Assembly (NCBI RefSeq): GCF_001194135.2
Contig: NC_068992.1
Coordinates: 47,213,763 to 47,277,762, forward strand
Source: Octopus bimaculoides
Taxonomy: Eukaryota
Reading direction: 5' to 3'
Length of the DNA: 64,000 nt
Part shown: piece after piece, positions 26,346 to 39,645 of the stretch
Layout of the letters: each line of letters starts with the position of its first letter
How positions within the stretch are numbered: the first letter of the stretch is position 1
Translations under genes and position numbers: made by a program
The notes under the pieces: generated by a model
The model's database searches: none
Told to the model about the DNA's origin: nothing
Seen by the model: the letters and a program-made list of their open reading frames with translations, nothing else

Positions 26346-27293
26346 TATTCGGGCTAAATTTGTCAGATTGCATAAAACGAAAAGAAAAAATCTCACATTT
26401 AAAATAAAAAAAAATTATATCAAAGAGATTATGGCTGGAAGATAGCAGTTCACTCAAAGTTGTCGCACTTACCCTCCACGACCACCACAAAATGGCCCAT
26501 ACATACCTCACTGTGTCCCTTGGAAGATTTTCGAACTCCTGACCACCAGCTTAGCCTTGTTGTTGCAGATAGAGTAGACAGTGATTTTATTAACCGTGCC
26601 TCACACATAGCAATCCATGGCATTACAAGAGGGAGAAGTAAGGGGACAGTTGATAAACAAGTAGAAATTCTCCAAAAACCACTTCTGACTTATTCCGGAG
26701 GTACGGCAAGGAGATCAATACTGGTGCAACACAAATAGCCGTCTAGCAGCAACCCGCACTAGTCAGAGATTGGCGCGATACTCTCTGGCAGCCTCACATA
26801 GCCGTCTGAAGTGAACTTAAGGATCTGTTTAAATGTAAGGGAGTGAATTCCGAATACCTCACAAATATTCGGATCTGGTCTTTGGACTGAAAATAAATCC
26901 TTCTCCCAATCTCTAAATGCTTCGAGATCCTTGGAAAAGGCCACGAGTTGCCTTATACCCACTATGACCAAGTCATAAAGAATCGGCAGCATACACACAA
27001 CCGAGCCGTATTACATCGAAGCTTAAATAATTAACTTATTTCGCGGACGTTGTCTTTATCATTCGCCATTAATATATATTATGCATGGAGTAAGAGTTTC
27101 ATCCGGCCAATACAGTGTGATGCCGGGTATTGTAAGTTTCAGTGTTCGATTCCAATGACTGCAACACAGTAGTATTTGCTAAAGTTTTGAACAGTCCAGG
27201 CGGTTGTGTTAAACTTGATTACTTGTTAGAATTATTTGTCTGGATCTCTACGTGATTCTCAACCATCTTTCTCCTTTTCGCTGTCTTTCTCTT

Positions 27294-27330
<37 letters not shown>

Positions 27331-27397
27331 CTCACTCTCTTTCTCTCTCTCTCTCACTCTCTTTCTCTATCTCTCTCTCACTCTCTCTCTCTCTCTC

Positions 27398-27452
<55 letters not shown>

Positions 27453-27527
27453 CTATCTATCCATCTCCCTATCTCTATCTGTTTCTATCTGCATGTTTAT
27501 ATTTTGCTTGCGTGCATGTGTGCTTAC

Positions 27528-27651
27528 CTCTAGTGCAAAAATGTACTGTGGGTAAGGCAGTCAGTCGCCTGTGCCGAATTTTCAAAGTTCAGGTATCTAT
27601 CGTCTTATTCCGAACTCCAAAAGCCCGTTATATATTTTCTGGTATACTGAC
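27528..27651 (-). other. Candidate non-coding exon
   Basis: Acceptor TTTCATTTTATCTGTCTTACAG| and donor GAG|GTAAGC; stops occur in all three frames. Confidence 0.27.
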
Positions 27652-28874
27652 CTGTAAGACAGATAAAATGAAACCATCTTCCTGCTTCATTTTGTTGTAC
27701 TTACATTTCCAGCACTACTAAATTATGAATTACAGATATCTCAGTTCCTATCTCATATGTCCAATGCTTGTATAGAGGAGAATCCACCCAGATGAGAGTT
27801 AACTAGTTCTTCGAGTCACATGTTTATATCCTAAACTAAGTTCTTAATTTCTAATGTAAAATTTCACATATCAACCGGCATAACAAATTTTTGTAATTTG
27901 AGTACATTCGGAACTGGAATATTTTACGAGACAGCAATATGAAATTAATTCTGAGCAGACAAATACTTTTTCTTTTATATTGAAGATGTAAACAGGAAAA
28001 ATTTAATTTAAAGCTTCATTGCGCAGAAATTACGATTACAGTTACAACCGGTGTTTGATTTCGACCTGTCAGCTATGGTAAATTTCATTGTAGAATGTTT
28101 ATCACCGCTATCATTTGGGTGTCAAATACATTTCAAAGAAATTGCTCATATATTCACATACATACATACCAACACGGGCGCACGCGTATAGACGAATGCG
28201 TATGTTGTGTGAGTTGTGTTTTGAAGGAGTTTACGGATATCCGTTCTAAGTATTTTTGACAAGTATTTATTGGCTTTATGTATTGCCTCCTTTGACAAAA
28301 GACTTTCAATTGCTCTAGGAGTTAGCTACAATTATAAAATATTTTATATGGAGCGATTCTACAGTAGCATTTATATATGTAGGTGCGTTTGTATGTGTAA
28401 GGTGCGTGCGTGTGTGTGTTTGTGTGAGTGTTTGTCTGTGTCTGTGCGTGTATGTATGAACAGCTGCACTTGATGATGACAAAATTCCTATTGAAGATTA
28501 TATGAATACTCTAACATTAAGGGAAGAGTGAAAGCGAAATAAAATGAAATATTACTTGCTTATTTTTAAATGCAATAATACCATAAAAGGAATAACAAAT
28601 TTTCTTTTGTTTGCATTTAATCTCGATTCATCTATTTTATCATTTAACAGTTATATATCTTAACTCATAAATCGAGTTGTAAGTGATCTGAAGTTCACAA
28701 CTGCAAAAATGTGTCTCGTCATCATATTTGTGATGCTTCGAACCTATAAAAATACCATATTATGGTCAATAATGAAGTAGCTATACAAAAGGTAAAAGTG
28801 AAATAGGTTACACACACACACAAACACACACACAGGTATCGATTAAATATATACGCATAGAAATCCACATGTAC

Positions 28875-29011
28875 GACGCTCGCTTCCTAACAGTATCGTC
28901 TTGGCTTCAGTCCCACTGCGCGGCATTTTCAATGTTTGCTACTATAGCACCAGATCGACCAAAGCAATGTAAGTGAGCTTTGTAGGTGGAAAGTGAAAGA
29001 AGCCTATCGTG
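28875..29011 (+). mobile_element. Diverged family B SINE 5' fragment
   Basis: GCTTCAGTCCCACTGCGCGGCA..CTACTATAGC..CGACCAAAGC..GAAAGAAGCC. Confidence 0.7.
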
Positions 29012-29184
29012 CATAGGCACAAACACACAAACACACACACATATATTAATGCTTGTTTTTATATTCTGTTATAATATTATTCAAGAGTACCTTCATAATC
29101 ACCATTAGACTCACCCAACTCTTTTCGAATCCCCTGCATTATTCACAGATTGACACCCAAACACACAGAAATGTTCGTATGAGA

Positions 29185-29380
29185 GCCTCCCATGCAAATG
29201 CCAAGCAGTACGCATGTCGTTTGCAAATGTCTAGCAGAGTGAATTGCGTCATGGTGTTCTTTTTCTCACAGACGGTGCCCAGCTGTTCCTACTACATTGT
29301 TTAGTCGAGAAAATCAAAAACAAACATGCGCATGCGCGACATTAAAAATACAATATGGCGACAATTTACCCATCACGCCC
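29185..29380. promoter_or_regulatory. Possible promoter-like motif cluster
   Basis: Octamer ATGCAAAT (about 29192), NRF1-like ATGCGCATGCGCG (about 29326-29338) and YY1-like AATATGGCG (about 29352) lie within 200 bp of CpG-enriched sequence. Confidence 0.2.
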
Positions 29381-29388
29381 TCAGTTGC

Positions 29389-29440
<52 letters not shown>

Positions 29441-29469
29441 GCAATAAAACCTATTTAAACAAGAATATG

Positions 29470-30075
29470 ATACAGGCGAACTGATATTTCACTGCTCTTC
29501 AACTTGACCTGGCTTCCTGCCTCCTCCCAAATCATGGAAATGTTTGTCAAGGACACACAGACGATTCAGTGCTCGTGACAAGCAACATTCAGTGCACGCA
29601 ATAAATTGCGTACAGGTTTTCTAGTGCAGCAAATATGAACACTTCGAAATCTGATCTGCGCTGCCTGCACTCAGCAAGATGTCCTATTTGAACGAGAGAC
29701 GTTCAGCTAGTGACAGTACACGATGAGCAGCGTAGTGATTTGTACGAACTCTTCTGACCTAGAACTTACGACGCATGTGCAGTGTGCTACAGATGCTTTC
29801 AGTTCTCCTGAATAGTGTCTCTGGAGCTGTCATGACATTTTTCGCAACACCAAGATAAAGGTGTACTGTGCTGCAGTGGCCCCTTGCCTCCTCTACTCCA
29901 CAGAATACATGGCCCAGCACCACAGATACATCGAAGTTAGGATGCAAATCCACCTGCAGAACAAGTGCAGGCCATGTAGCACATATGCGAGACTATCAGA
30001 AACGACTACTGATCAAGAACAGTCAACGTCGACCTACAACGGAGAGCAGACGACGAAAACCTACTTAAACAGGAA
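29470..30075 (+). mobile_element. Decayed RTE-clade (BovB-like) LINE, 3' part of ORF
   Basis: Plus strand reads TKIKVYCAAVAPCLLYSTEYM (compare TKLKVYRAVVLPTLLYACETW) and GHVAHMRDYQKRLL...RRRKP (compare GHVVRMPD.RLPK..L...KRYKD), in the expected order with deletions. Confidence 0.8.
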
Positions 30076-32451
30076 TGTGAAAACTGAGTTTTCACTACTA
30101 ATTAGTTTAAAATTACCCTTTTCGGAAATCGATTCGCTGTAGAACCGAAATATTAACAGATCGTTGGTAGCAGACGCTTTTACTACGTACTTATTCCTAT
30201 ATTTTAGTTTGGTTGTCTGCCGAAACATTTTTAATAAGATAAAATATGTGGAATAAAAAATATAGAATTCCACAAATTGGGCAACGATCATTAAGTGTTA
30301 ACCAGCGTCCAGTCATTTGCTGTTCCAGTCCTGATAATTATTATTTCTTCCAGCGACCTTTTCTGAGATAATGGCCTGACAATGATTGGCGATTGCTTTT
30401 TATGTATGTATTTTTAATTTCAGATAGTTCTTTTTCGCTCTTTTTTTTTACTTATTAAAAGAGTAAATTATTAATTTTTCCCAGGATATCGTCAGAGATA
30501 AAATTGCTCACTTGTATCCGTATCAACCGATTATGTATATGTATGTGTGTGTGCCTGTAAGTTCGTATGTATGTAGGTATATACTCTCTCCCCTCGTAAT
30601 CACTCACACACACACATATATATATATATACATACACACACACATATATATATATATACATATGTGTGTGAATATATATTTTTAAATACATCCAAATACG
30701 CACGCATACATATAGAAACTGTATAGTGATACGGAGGCGCGTTTATATGAAAATATATATATGTATATATACAATATAACCATATACAGATATATATATA
30801 TATGTACACACACATACATACCGAGAGAGAGAGAGAGAGAGAGAGAAAATTACGTACGTATAGCGTTATAAAAGCGTTTTCAGAGAACAGTGCAACGAGG
30901 GATAGGAAACGAATGCAGATTAATAGGTCACTAATTGTGTCTTTTTCTAGCAAGTAGTCATGCTAAAGGGAAATCATTACCAATGTTACAAACTTACATT
31001 TATGCAATTCGGTTTTTTTTTTTAAATGGAAGCATATGCTGCAGTGGTCAGATTTAGTCAGTATCAAATGTATAGTTGAGCCTATGAGCTATGAGATGCT
31101 TTATAATATTATATGGTCGCAACGTTAAATGTCGCCCACTTTTCTCAATTATTTATTATGTCAGCCGATAATTGCTTCCACCACCTGAATATTCGTTGGT
31201 CAATAACTATATATAGTCAGACACACTAGACACACTTGTCATTATATTTCTTTCTCCTATTCTCTAGACATCATTCATTGCTTAATCAATGCTAATGTAT
31301 GATATAACGGAGTGTATCATTAGGCAGAGAGAACTGCAGCATGTCTGATTGTTAGGGGAAGGATTCCGTCGCAATGATTCGTGTAATCTGCCTACCCAAC
31401 TTCCCAGCAATCAGGGCAAATATACCTTGCATAGCCTGGGATTTGCTAAATCTTTCTTAATGAAATTTTAGTCGCTGCAAACGGTATAGAAATCTTGTTG
31501 GTATTATAAGTTTCAGTCCTTGATTAATCTGTACCTGGGAGTAATGTCATCTGTACGAGTTCTTGGGATACTTTAGTTCACAAAATTGCAAACATCCCTT
31601 CTAGCTTCCTCTCTCGTACTCTCAGTCTCAAAGTTCATGCAAAATGTTACAGGTTTTTCTTTTTACCGTACCTATGTCATAAATTATCTGTAAATCGAAC
31701 ATTCATATATTCTAACCCTAATTTCAAGATTATAAATTTCAACAAAGCGGCTGCTAATTAATATATTTAGTCGTAGTATGAATTCATAATTAATTCAGCG
31801 GCACCAGGACGGTGCAAGAAATTGCCGAGGTATATGAGATTTGAACATAGAATCACTTAATTAACAATTAGTATAAATCACTTTGTAGGGCATCTTACTC
31901 TTTTCAGTAGTTTGATATCAGCACCGCCAAATACAATAACAATTAGAAGTATGTTTTAAGTTGTTTTGTTTTTCCAAAACATAACAAAGAGTCATTTGTT
32001 CTAGACCCTAGAGTGATAAATGTCAGTGCTATTATCAAGAAATGTTGAATAAATGAACTTGTGAGCGACCATATGACATTTCTTATTTCTTTAATCATCC
32101 AATGTTCTCATTATTTCATTCATTTAGAAATATACTCGATAATTTGGTTGCAATGTTTTATAATTATAGACAATTACTACCAGTTTATGACATAATTGCC
32201 TATTTCACAACAAATGTATTCCTGCTAAATATAGATATTTCGTCTTTGACTGAGATGGTTGATACCACGCACATCATATTCTGGGCTTAGAAAACGAATA
32301 CCTCATAAACGAATGCCTGATATACAATTAGCAGGCGTTATATTGTAGGAATGTAACTTAAACAAATCCGAAAACACGCTCATCGACAAGATAGTGGTAA
32401 CAATCCTTTAGTTTCTCCATCCTACTATAGGCGTAAGGTATGAAATTGTTT

Positions 32452-32548
32452 TTAGAATAAGTCCTGGGGTCTATTTGCTCGACTAAAGGTTGTGCTCCAG
32501 CATGGCCGCAGTCAAATGACTGAAACAAGTAAAAGAGTAAAAAAGAGA
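32452..32548 (+). mobile_element. Family B SINE 3' fragment (5'-truncated)
   Basis: AGAATAAGTCCTGGGGTCTATTTGCTCGACTAAAGG..GCTCCAGCATGGCCGCAGTCAAATGACTGAAACAAGTAAAAGAG is about 92% identical by hand count to the reverse complement of 32945-33032. Confidence 0.88.
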
Positions 32549-32584
32549 GTATAGTAATAATAATAATAATAATAATTCTCTGGG

Positions 32585-32903
32585 TACATTGTCTGTAATT
32601 TTGGAGGGTAGGGATTTGGATGATTATATCGATGCCACTGCTGAAACGGTACTTATTTTATCAACCCTGAAAATATGTAAGGCAAAGCCGACGCCATCTT
32701 TATAATCTTTACTATAGGCACAAGTTCTGAAATTGTGTTAGTATTCAGCTATATCGACACCTGTATTTGACTAATAGTTATTTTATCGACCCCGAAATGG
32801 TGAAAAGTTTGAGCGGGATATGATTTAGGACGTAATGAGTCAGAAGAAATACCGCTAGAGGAAATCCATCCGACGTGGTAGTGGTTCAACCAGCCCGCAG
32901 CCT
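32585..32903 (-). mobile_element. Two adjacent diverged family A SINE pieces
   Basis: GGTACTTATTTTATCAACCCTGAAA..AAGGCAAAGCCGAC (to about 32695), then TTATTTTATCGACCCCGAAA..GAAATACCGCTA (32705-32903). Confidence 0.72.
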
Positions 32904-32931
32904 AATACCAATAACTTCTACTACTACTTAT

Positions 32932-33164
32932 TCTCTTTACTCTATTACTCTTTTACGTGTTTCAGTCATTTGACTGTGGCCATGCTGGAGCAACGCCTTT
33001 AGTAGAGCAAATCGACCCCAGGACTTATTCTTTGTAAGCCTAGTACTTATTCTATCGGTCTCTTTTTGCCGAATCGCTAAGTTACGGGGACGTAAACACA
33101 CCACCATCGGTTGTCAAGCGATGGCGCGGGGACAAACACAGACACACAAACATATACACGCACA

Positions 33165-33203
<39 letters not shown>

Positions 33204-33365
33204 GACGGGCTTCTTTCAGTTTCCATCTACCAAATCCACTCACAAGGCTTTGGTCGGCCTGAGGCTATAGTAGAAGACACTTTCCCAAGGTGCCACGCAG
33301 TGGGACTGAACCCGGAATCATGTGGTTGGTAAGCAAGCTACTTACCACACAGCCACTCCTACGCC
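32932..33365 (-). mobile_element. Full-length, low-divergence tRNA-derived CORE-type SINE (octopus OR-like; family B)
   Basis: Minus strand has head GGCGTAGGAGTGGCTGTGTGGTAAG (A-box-like), B-box-like GGGTTCAGTCCC, CORE-like GGCACCTTGGGAAAGTGTCT, an internal (TA)/(TG) microsatellite, a 3' domain ...GCTCCAGCATGGCCACAGTCAAATGACTGAAAC and an (AGTAAAAG)-type tail. Homologous copies occur elsewhere in the window. Confidence 0.9.
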
Positions 33366-33429
33366 TAATAATAATAATAATAATAAAAAATAATAATAAT
33401 AGAACAACAACAACAACAACAATATCAAC

Positions 33430-33650
33430 AATAATAGTTTCACATTCTGCCACAAGGACAGTCATTTGTGTGGAGGGGATGAGTTAATTGCATCAACCTC
33501 TAATATTCAACTGGTATTTGTTTTATCGACACCGAAAGGATGAAAGGCAAAGACGACCTCGGCGTAATTTGAACTCAGAAGGGAGCGATGGGCGAAATAC
33601 CGCTAAGCATTCCGCCAAGCTTGTTAACGATTCTGCCATCTTGCCGCCTT
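33430..33650 (-). mobile_element. Family A SINE
   Basis: TTTTATCGACACCGAAAGGATGAAAGGCAAAGACGACCTCGGCGTAATTTGAACTCAGAA..GAAATACCGCTAAGCATT..GATTCTGCCATCTTGCCGCC. Confidence 0.87.
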
Positions 33651-35869
33651 TGATAATGATAATAAATTCAACCATATTGCAATTGTTAAAATGATCTAAT
33701 CAACAACTATTGCCATCCAACTGCCTCCATAAAGTTATATATCCAATAATGTTATTTCGCTAAATGTCTGTAATTAAAAAACAAATAAACTATATAATTT
33801 AACTATATAATAATTTATATTTCTTCATTATATGTTTTAGGTCAAAATTCACTATTACTCATATTTGAAGTGATAAATCTCCTTCATTTACCGTTTTTTT
33901 ATGTATTTTAAATATCTGTAGCAAGAATTCCATTATGGAAATATAAAATTTCAAGTCACCGTTGTTTCGTTCCAGATTCGATGACTTTGTTGAAATTTTT
34001 ATAATACAAGATTCAAAACTGTCATATTTCAACGCGACATTCTTTTAAATAACACTGTCGTACGTCAAAACTAAATTTATTGTTATTTATTCCATTTATA
34101 TTGATATAATGATATACTTTTAACCTTCGTTGAAAATTATAATTGGATCGTTCTTGTCAGTCTCACCTTCATCATCATCGCCATCATTATCCTAATCGCC
34201 ATCATCATCATCATCATCCTCGTTACCACCATTAGCAGCAACATCAACAATATCAAGTGTAAACCAAGAAACAGGATTTAAAATTTTAATTTTTTCATCT
34301 CTCTCTTTAGACTTAAACATGTGGATTAAAATATGCAACTTAAAATATATACACACCAGAATTAGACTAGTGTCATTGGATTCTAAAATAAGGATTAAAT
34401 ATATTGATTCAAATATATGGATTAAAACAGCAGAACTTGTAGACTTGTCATGATCGATAAATCGCCGAGAATAGAGGAATTGGCCCAACGTAGGGTGCTA
34501 TCAACCCTGTCGTCTTCGGGTGTAGAAATATTTGTCCGTTTTTGTTTCGTTCATTTTTCAAGTTCTTTGTTGTATTTTATTGTTCGGACTGTTATATTTA
34601 TGCAAAGTTTACACACGCACAGTTGCATAGATTTGACTAAGTGAAGTAAAAATTGTGTATAATGTGATGGTATAGATACTTACAAACTTATGTCAACTTT
34701 GCTACTTCAGGTTTAAAAGTGTTTGTTGTTGTGAATACACTGTTGCAATGTTCTTGGAAAGCAGTATATTTCCTATTTTGTCGATAGATCCACTAAAAAC
34801 AAAGTGACGTGCACTGATTTAGGTTGACCAAGAAAAATTGACATGATTGTATCTTTGCTGTTATGTGAACATTATAGCTTTTTCATCAAAATTGATTTTC
34901 GTTTCTAATAGAGGGATAACCTACACCATAAAACATGTTTTGCATTTAGTACAAAACAATCTGTTTACACCATTTGTCATTTTCCACTGTAAAGATCAAA
35001 TGCTCCACAAAATCTAATGCTGCAACGTGGTCAGTACTTTCTAAATATTTTGTGATTCGAAACACTGGCTTTTATAAACATATGCACTTGGATTTTTAAA
35101 ATTTTTTATGAATGCAAAATACCTTCAGCAGTGGCACTCTGTCTTCTAACGATTAAGGTCTCCATTTTCCTTCCTTTTTTTTTTCTTTTTTGTATTCCGC
35201 CTGGACATTAAATTAAACGGTTTTTATACATCATCTGCTTGTGTTTTCTATATCAGAATTCATTAAAAAGTATCACAAATTACACAATCAATATATTAAT
35301 CAAGTAAAAAATCACTGTCGTGTCCTACTCACACTAAACATCTGTCATACGATGTCTTATCGTTCCCGAAATGAGAATCGAACCACTGAAATTCGATAAA
35401 TCAAGATATTTTGTGGATCACAGATAACTTTGGCGTCTAACGTAGCCCGAAGGGTGAAGAACTTAGTGGATGAGCTACTTGAAATTGTATTGATTACCTG
35501 ACTTAATTTAGATTCATTTACTGACTTCCGAAGATGAAAGCAAAGTTCATGTCAATTGACTTTGATACCAGAGTTTAAAAAAGGGGGAAAAAGTTAATAG
35601 ATACTGCATTTTTCTTTCCGTCACCTATACCACTCCACATTACACATAACGTTGATACAGTTCCATAGCCAAAGGAAGGTTTTCTTGAAATGGAATAGTA
35701 AAGGCAATCTAACCTACCAAATTAATTTATTGGTAACGACCTATAAGGGATCGAATATTAAGTCGACTCAGGCTTGAATCGAATATTGAACTATGACATG
35801 ATGCTGATTTTAACGGGTGCAACGGCTTGTAAATTCTCATTGCATTGAGAGGATAGGAACTAGAATTTG

Positions 35870-36113
35870 TAACAACATTGATCTCAGATTTTGGCACAGG
35901 GCCAGCAATTTCGGGGTCAGAGGTAATTGATTGCATCGACCCCAGTGCTCAACTGGTACTTATTTTATCAATCTCGAAAGGATAGACGGCAAAGTTGACC
36001 CCGTGGTACTTATTTTATCAACTCAGAATAGATGAAAGGCAAAGACGACCTCTGTGGGAAGAAATACTGCTAAGCATTTAGTCTTACGCGCTAAAATTCT
36101 GCCACCTCGCCCC
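35870..36113 (-). mobile_element. Family A SINE with internal duplication of the GGTACTTATTTTATCAA block
   Basis: GGCACAGGGCCAGCAATTT..ATCGACCCCAGTGCTCAACTGGTACTTATTTTATCAA occurs with a second GGTACTTATTTTATCAA at about 36005. Confidence 0.8.
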
Positions 36114-37088
36114 CTAAGAGTCTGTAACAAACCTTTCTGGATATTCCTCATAAAATAAATAAAGCTGTGGTGGACATAATTTCTAGTAAAGTTAGGGAAA
36201 CTGAACGATTAGATGTAGGAATCGATACTTTTAATTCCATTCAGTCTAGTGTCGTGGAGTACTCAGTTGAAGTAAGCATGTTTGCCTTAGTTTCTATTAG
36301 CGAGTAAATCAAAGCGTTTATCTCTGAGCAGAAGGAGAACTTTGAATTTAATTCTCCTGGAGCTCAATACTTTAAAGTACTAGTCAAATACTGGTTTTGT
36401 ATTTCGCTCTGATGGACAATACTTCATCCCCCGCAGTGTGAGAAACTTGTGCTTTTATTTAAAATCGATATATATTTCTGTACCTCCGAACATGCCAGAT
36501 AATCATTACTTTAGTCTTCACAGTTAATAAGACTCTTCTTTTGCTGGAAACAACACGTGACTACAAGCAAACGTGTTAAGCGAAGGCGATGATTGAATAG
36601 TAGTGTAAAATATTAGGTAAAAACCTGTTTAATTAAAGTACACCAATCTTATACGTTCTAATGATAGTCTACAATTATTCACCTACTTTAGGCTGGCACA
36701 CAATATAAAACCAATTTACTTAAATCTAAATAGCTAGGAGGAGGTGACTGTAGATAGCATCATTACTTCTCAGATTCTATTGATTGATTACTTATATACG
36801 CAGCAAGCTCAACAGATGAAGAGTAAAACTTCAGCTAGAATATGGTTGGTGCGTCCTACTAAGTCACAGACTCTGATAGTTCATTGGTTTAAAGCAGCAC
36901 AAAAGTAAACAATGAACAGACATACCTAGTAATGTTTATATATTTGATAAAGGCGGGGAAACATATTACAAGTGAATGAAATGTATCTGTCAATAGGTAC
37001 AATGCGGAAGTGCAGATCGCCGCTTATTCAAGAACTGACTTCGCTGAACTGTTTGAGACACACTGGAGTGCTTGCACGTCTCTCTCTA

Positions 37089-37141
<53 letters not shown>

Positions 37142-38327
37142 NNNNNNNNNNNNNNNNNNNNNNNNNNNNNNNNNNNNNNNNNNNNNNNNNNNNNNNNNNN
37201 NNNNNNNNNNNNNNNNNNNNNNNNNNNNNNNNNNNNNNNNNNNNNNNNNNNNNNNNNNNNNNNNNNNNNNNNNNNNNNNNNNNNNNNNNNNNNNNNNNNN
37301 NNNNNNNNNNNNNNNNNNNNNNNNNNNNNNNNNNNNNNNNNNNNNNNNNNNNNNNNNNNNNNNNNNNNNNNNNNNNNNNNNNNNNNNNNNNNNNNNNNNN
37401 NNNNNNNNNNNNNNNNNNNNNNNNNNNNNNNNNNNNNNNNNNNNNNNNNNNNNNNNNNNNNNNNNNNNNNNNNNNNNNNNNNNNNNNNNNNNNNNNNNNN
37501 NNNNNNNNNNNNNNNNNNNNNNNNNNNNNNNNNNNNNNNNNNNNNNNNNNNNNNNNNNNNNNNNNNNNNNNNNNNNNNNNNNNNNNNNNNNNNNNNNNNN
37601 NNNNNNNNNNNNNNNNNNNNNNNNNNNNNNNNNNNNNNNNNNNNNNATATAAATATATAATATACCTACATATATACATAATTATATACATGCATGTATG
37701 TATGTATATATGAAAAAAAAATTAAACAGACCCAAAAATAATACAAATAAAAAGATCAAGTTAAAAGAAAAGAAAAACGGAAAAAGAACGCGTTTGCGCA
37801 CAAGTGTTAGAATGTTTGCATGTGTGTTCCATAGAAATTAGGAGAGAACTAAGGAGAGAGTGATAGGGAGATGGAGAGGGAGGTGGGATGATTCAAAGAG
37901 ATAAAAACGAAACGTTTTATATACAATAAACAAAGCAGATAAAATGGGATGGACACACCGAATAAGTATACTAAATTTGCCGTTGCATATATGTTTATGC
38001 ACACACATACACACATATATATATGGACATACTTATATATGAGTATATGCATGTGTGTGCCTGTGTATACGTATCAATATGCATAGGTGAGTGTTTTTGT
38101 GTCTGATCTTATTTACATCCCGAAAACAGAAGTATTTACACATGCAAACAAACCGATAAAAATGTAGTTATTTATGTATTTAATCATTCTGTCTGAAATA
38201 TATATTTAAGGAAGCTGTTATTAAATGGCAGAAGTACTTCCATCTACAATTCAATATTCAAATGCACTTACAAACAAATATATACATGAATACATACACA
38301 CGCACACATATGTATAAACATATATAT

Positions 38328-38366
<39 letters not shown>

Positions 38367-39612
38367 NNNNNNNNNNNNNNNNNNNNNNNNNNNNNNNNNN
38401 NNNNNNNNNNNNNNNNNNNNNNNNNNNNNNNNNNNNNNNNNNNNNNNNNNNNNNNNNNNNNNNNNNNNNNNNNNNNNNNNNNNNNNNNNNNNNNNNNNNN
38501 NNNNNNNNNNNNNNNNNNNNNNNNNNNNNNNNNNNNNNNNNNNNNNNNNNNNNNNNNNNNNNNNNNNNNNNNNNNNNNNNNNNNNNNNNNNNNNNNNNNN
38601 NNNNNNNNNNNNNNNNNNNNNNNNNNNNNNNNNNNNNNNNNNNNNNNNNNNNNNNNNNNNNNNNNNNNNNNNNNNNNNNNNNNNNNNNNNNNNNNNNNNN
38701 NNNNNNNNNNNNNNNNNNNNNNNNNNNNNNNNNNNNNNNNNNNNNNNNNNNNNNNNNNNNNNNNNNNNNNNNNNNNNNNNNNNNNNNNNNNNNNNNNNNN
38801 NNNNNNNNNNNNNNNNNNNNNNNNNNNNNNNNNNNNNNNNNNNNNNNNNNNNNNNNNNNNNNNNNNNNNNNNNNNNNNNNNNNNNNNNNNNNNNNNNNNN
38901 NNNNNNNNNNNNNNNNNNNNNNNNNNNNNNNNNNNNNNNNNNNNNNNNNNNNNNTATATATATATATATATATTTCCATAACAAAACATTGATAATTCAA
39001 CATTTCAATGTTCGCCAATATGGCGGCCGACTAACGCATTCCACTTCCTTTAGAACAGAATTGAATCATGATACGCTTGAGTGAGCAAAGCATATTTTAA
39101 CACTTCACTGTATCGTTTCCATTTGTACGACAGTAAATCCTACTGCGATTGTGAACCGTGAATTATTCGCCATGATAAATGTTGACGTACATTCTCATAA
39201 GTGTATAAATAAATCCAATGTTTTAAGCCCCGAAAGTAAGTAGATGGATATATATATTTATGTATTTAACAGTGCGCAAACACGTAAATACGTATACACA
39301 TACACACAATACATGTAGACACCAGCGTGCACACACACACACAAACACACACACTTACACACATATATAGGTATGATGCAATGCACAAATTGATAACGTT
39401 TATTTGCATCGATACGTAGTAAGTAAACAAAGGATTACGCACACATAAGTATATTTTAAATTAAACATAAATGTATCTGTGCAGTACGTGTGTGTGTGTC
39501 TTTGTGTCTGTATGTGTGTGAATGTTTGTGAATATGTATTTTTACGTTCGTATGAATATGTATATATATACACACCCGAAGTATATATGCATATATATTC
39601 TAAATGTGCATG

Positions 39613-39645
<33 letters not shown>

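Noticed and set aside
31320-31640. Possible CR1-type LINE remnant on the minus strand (ELVQ..)
   Set aside because: Only a few residues match and there is no sustained frame.
33300-33365. tRNA-like A/B boxes here and in other SINE heads as tRNA genes
   Set aside because: No cloverleaf or acceptor stem is present; they are the heads of repeated SINE bodies.
39017-39048. YY1-like AATATGGCGGC plus ETS-like CCACTTCC as a promoter
   Set aside because: Similar ATATGGCG words occur several times in the window (about 18190, 60744, 63837) and there is no linked exon.
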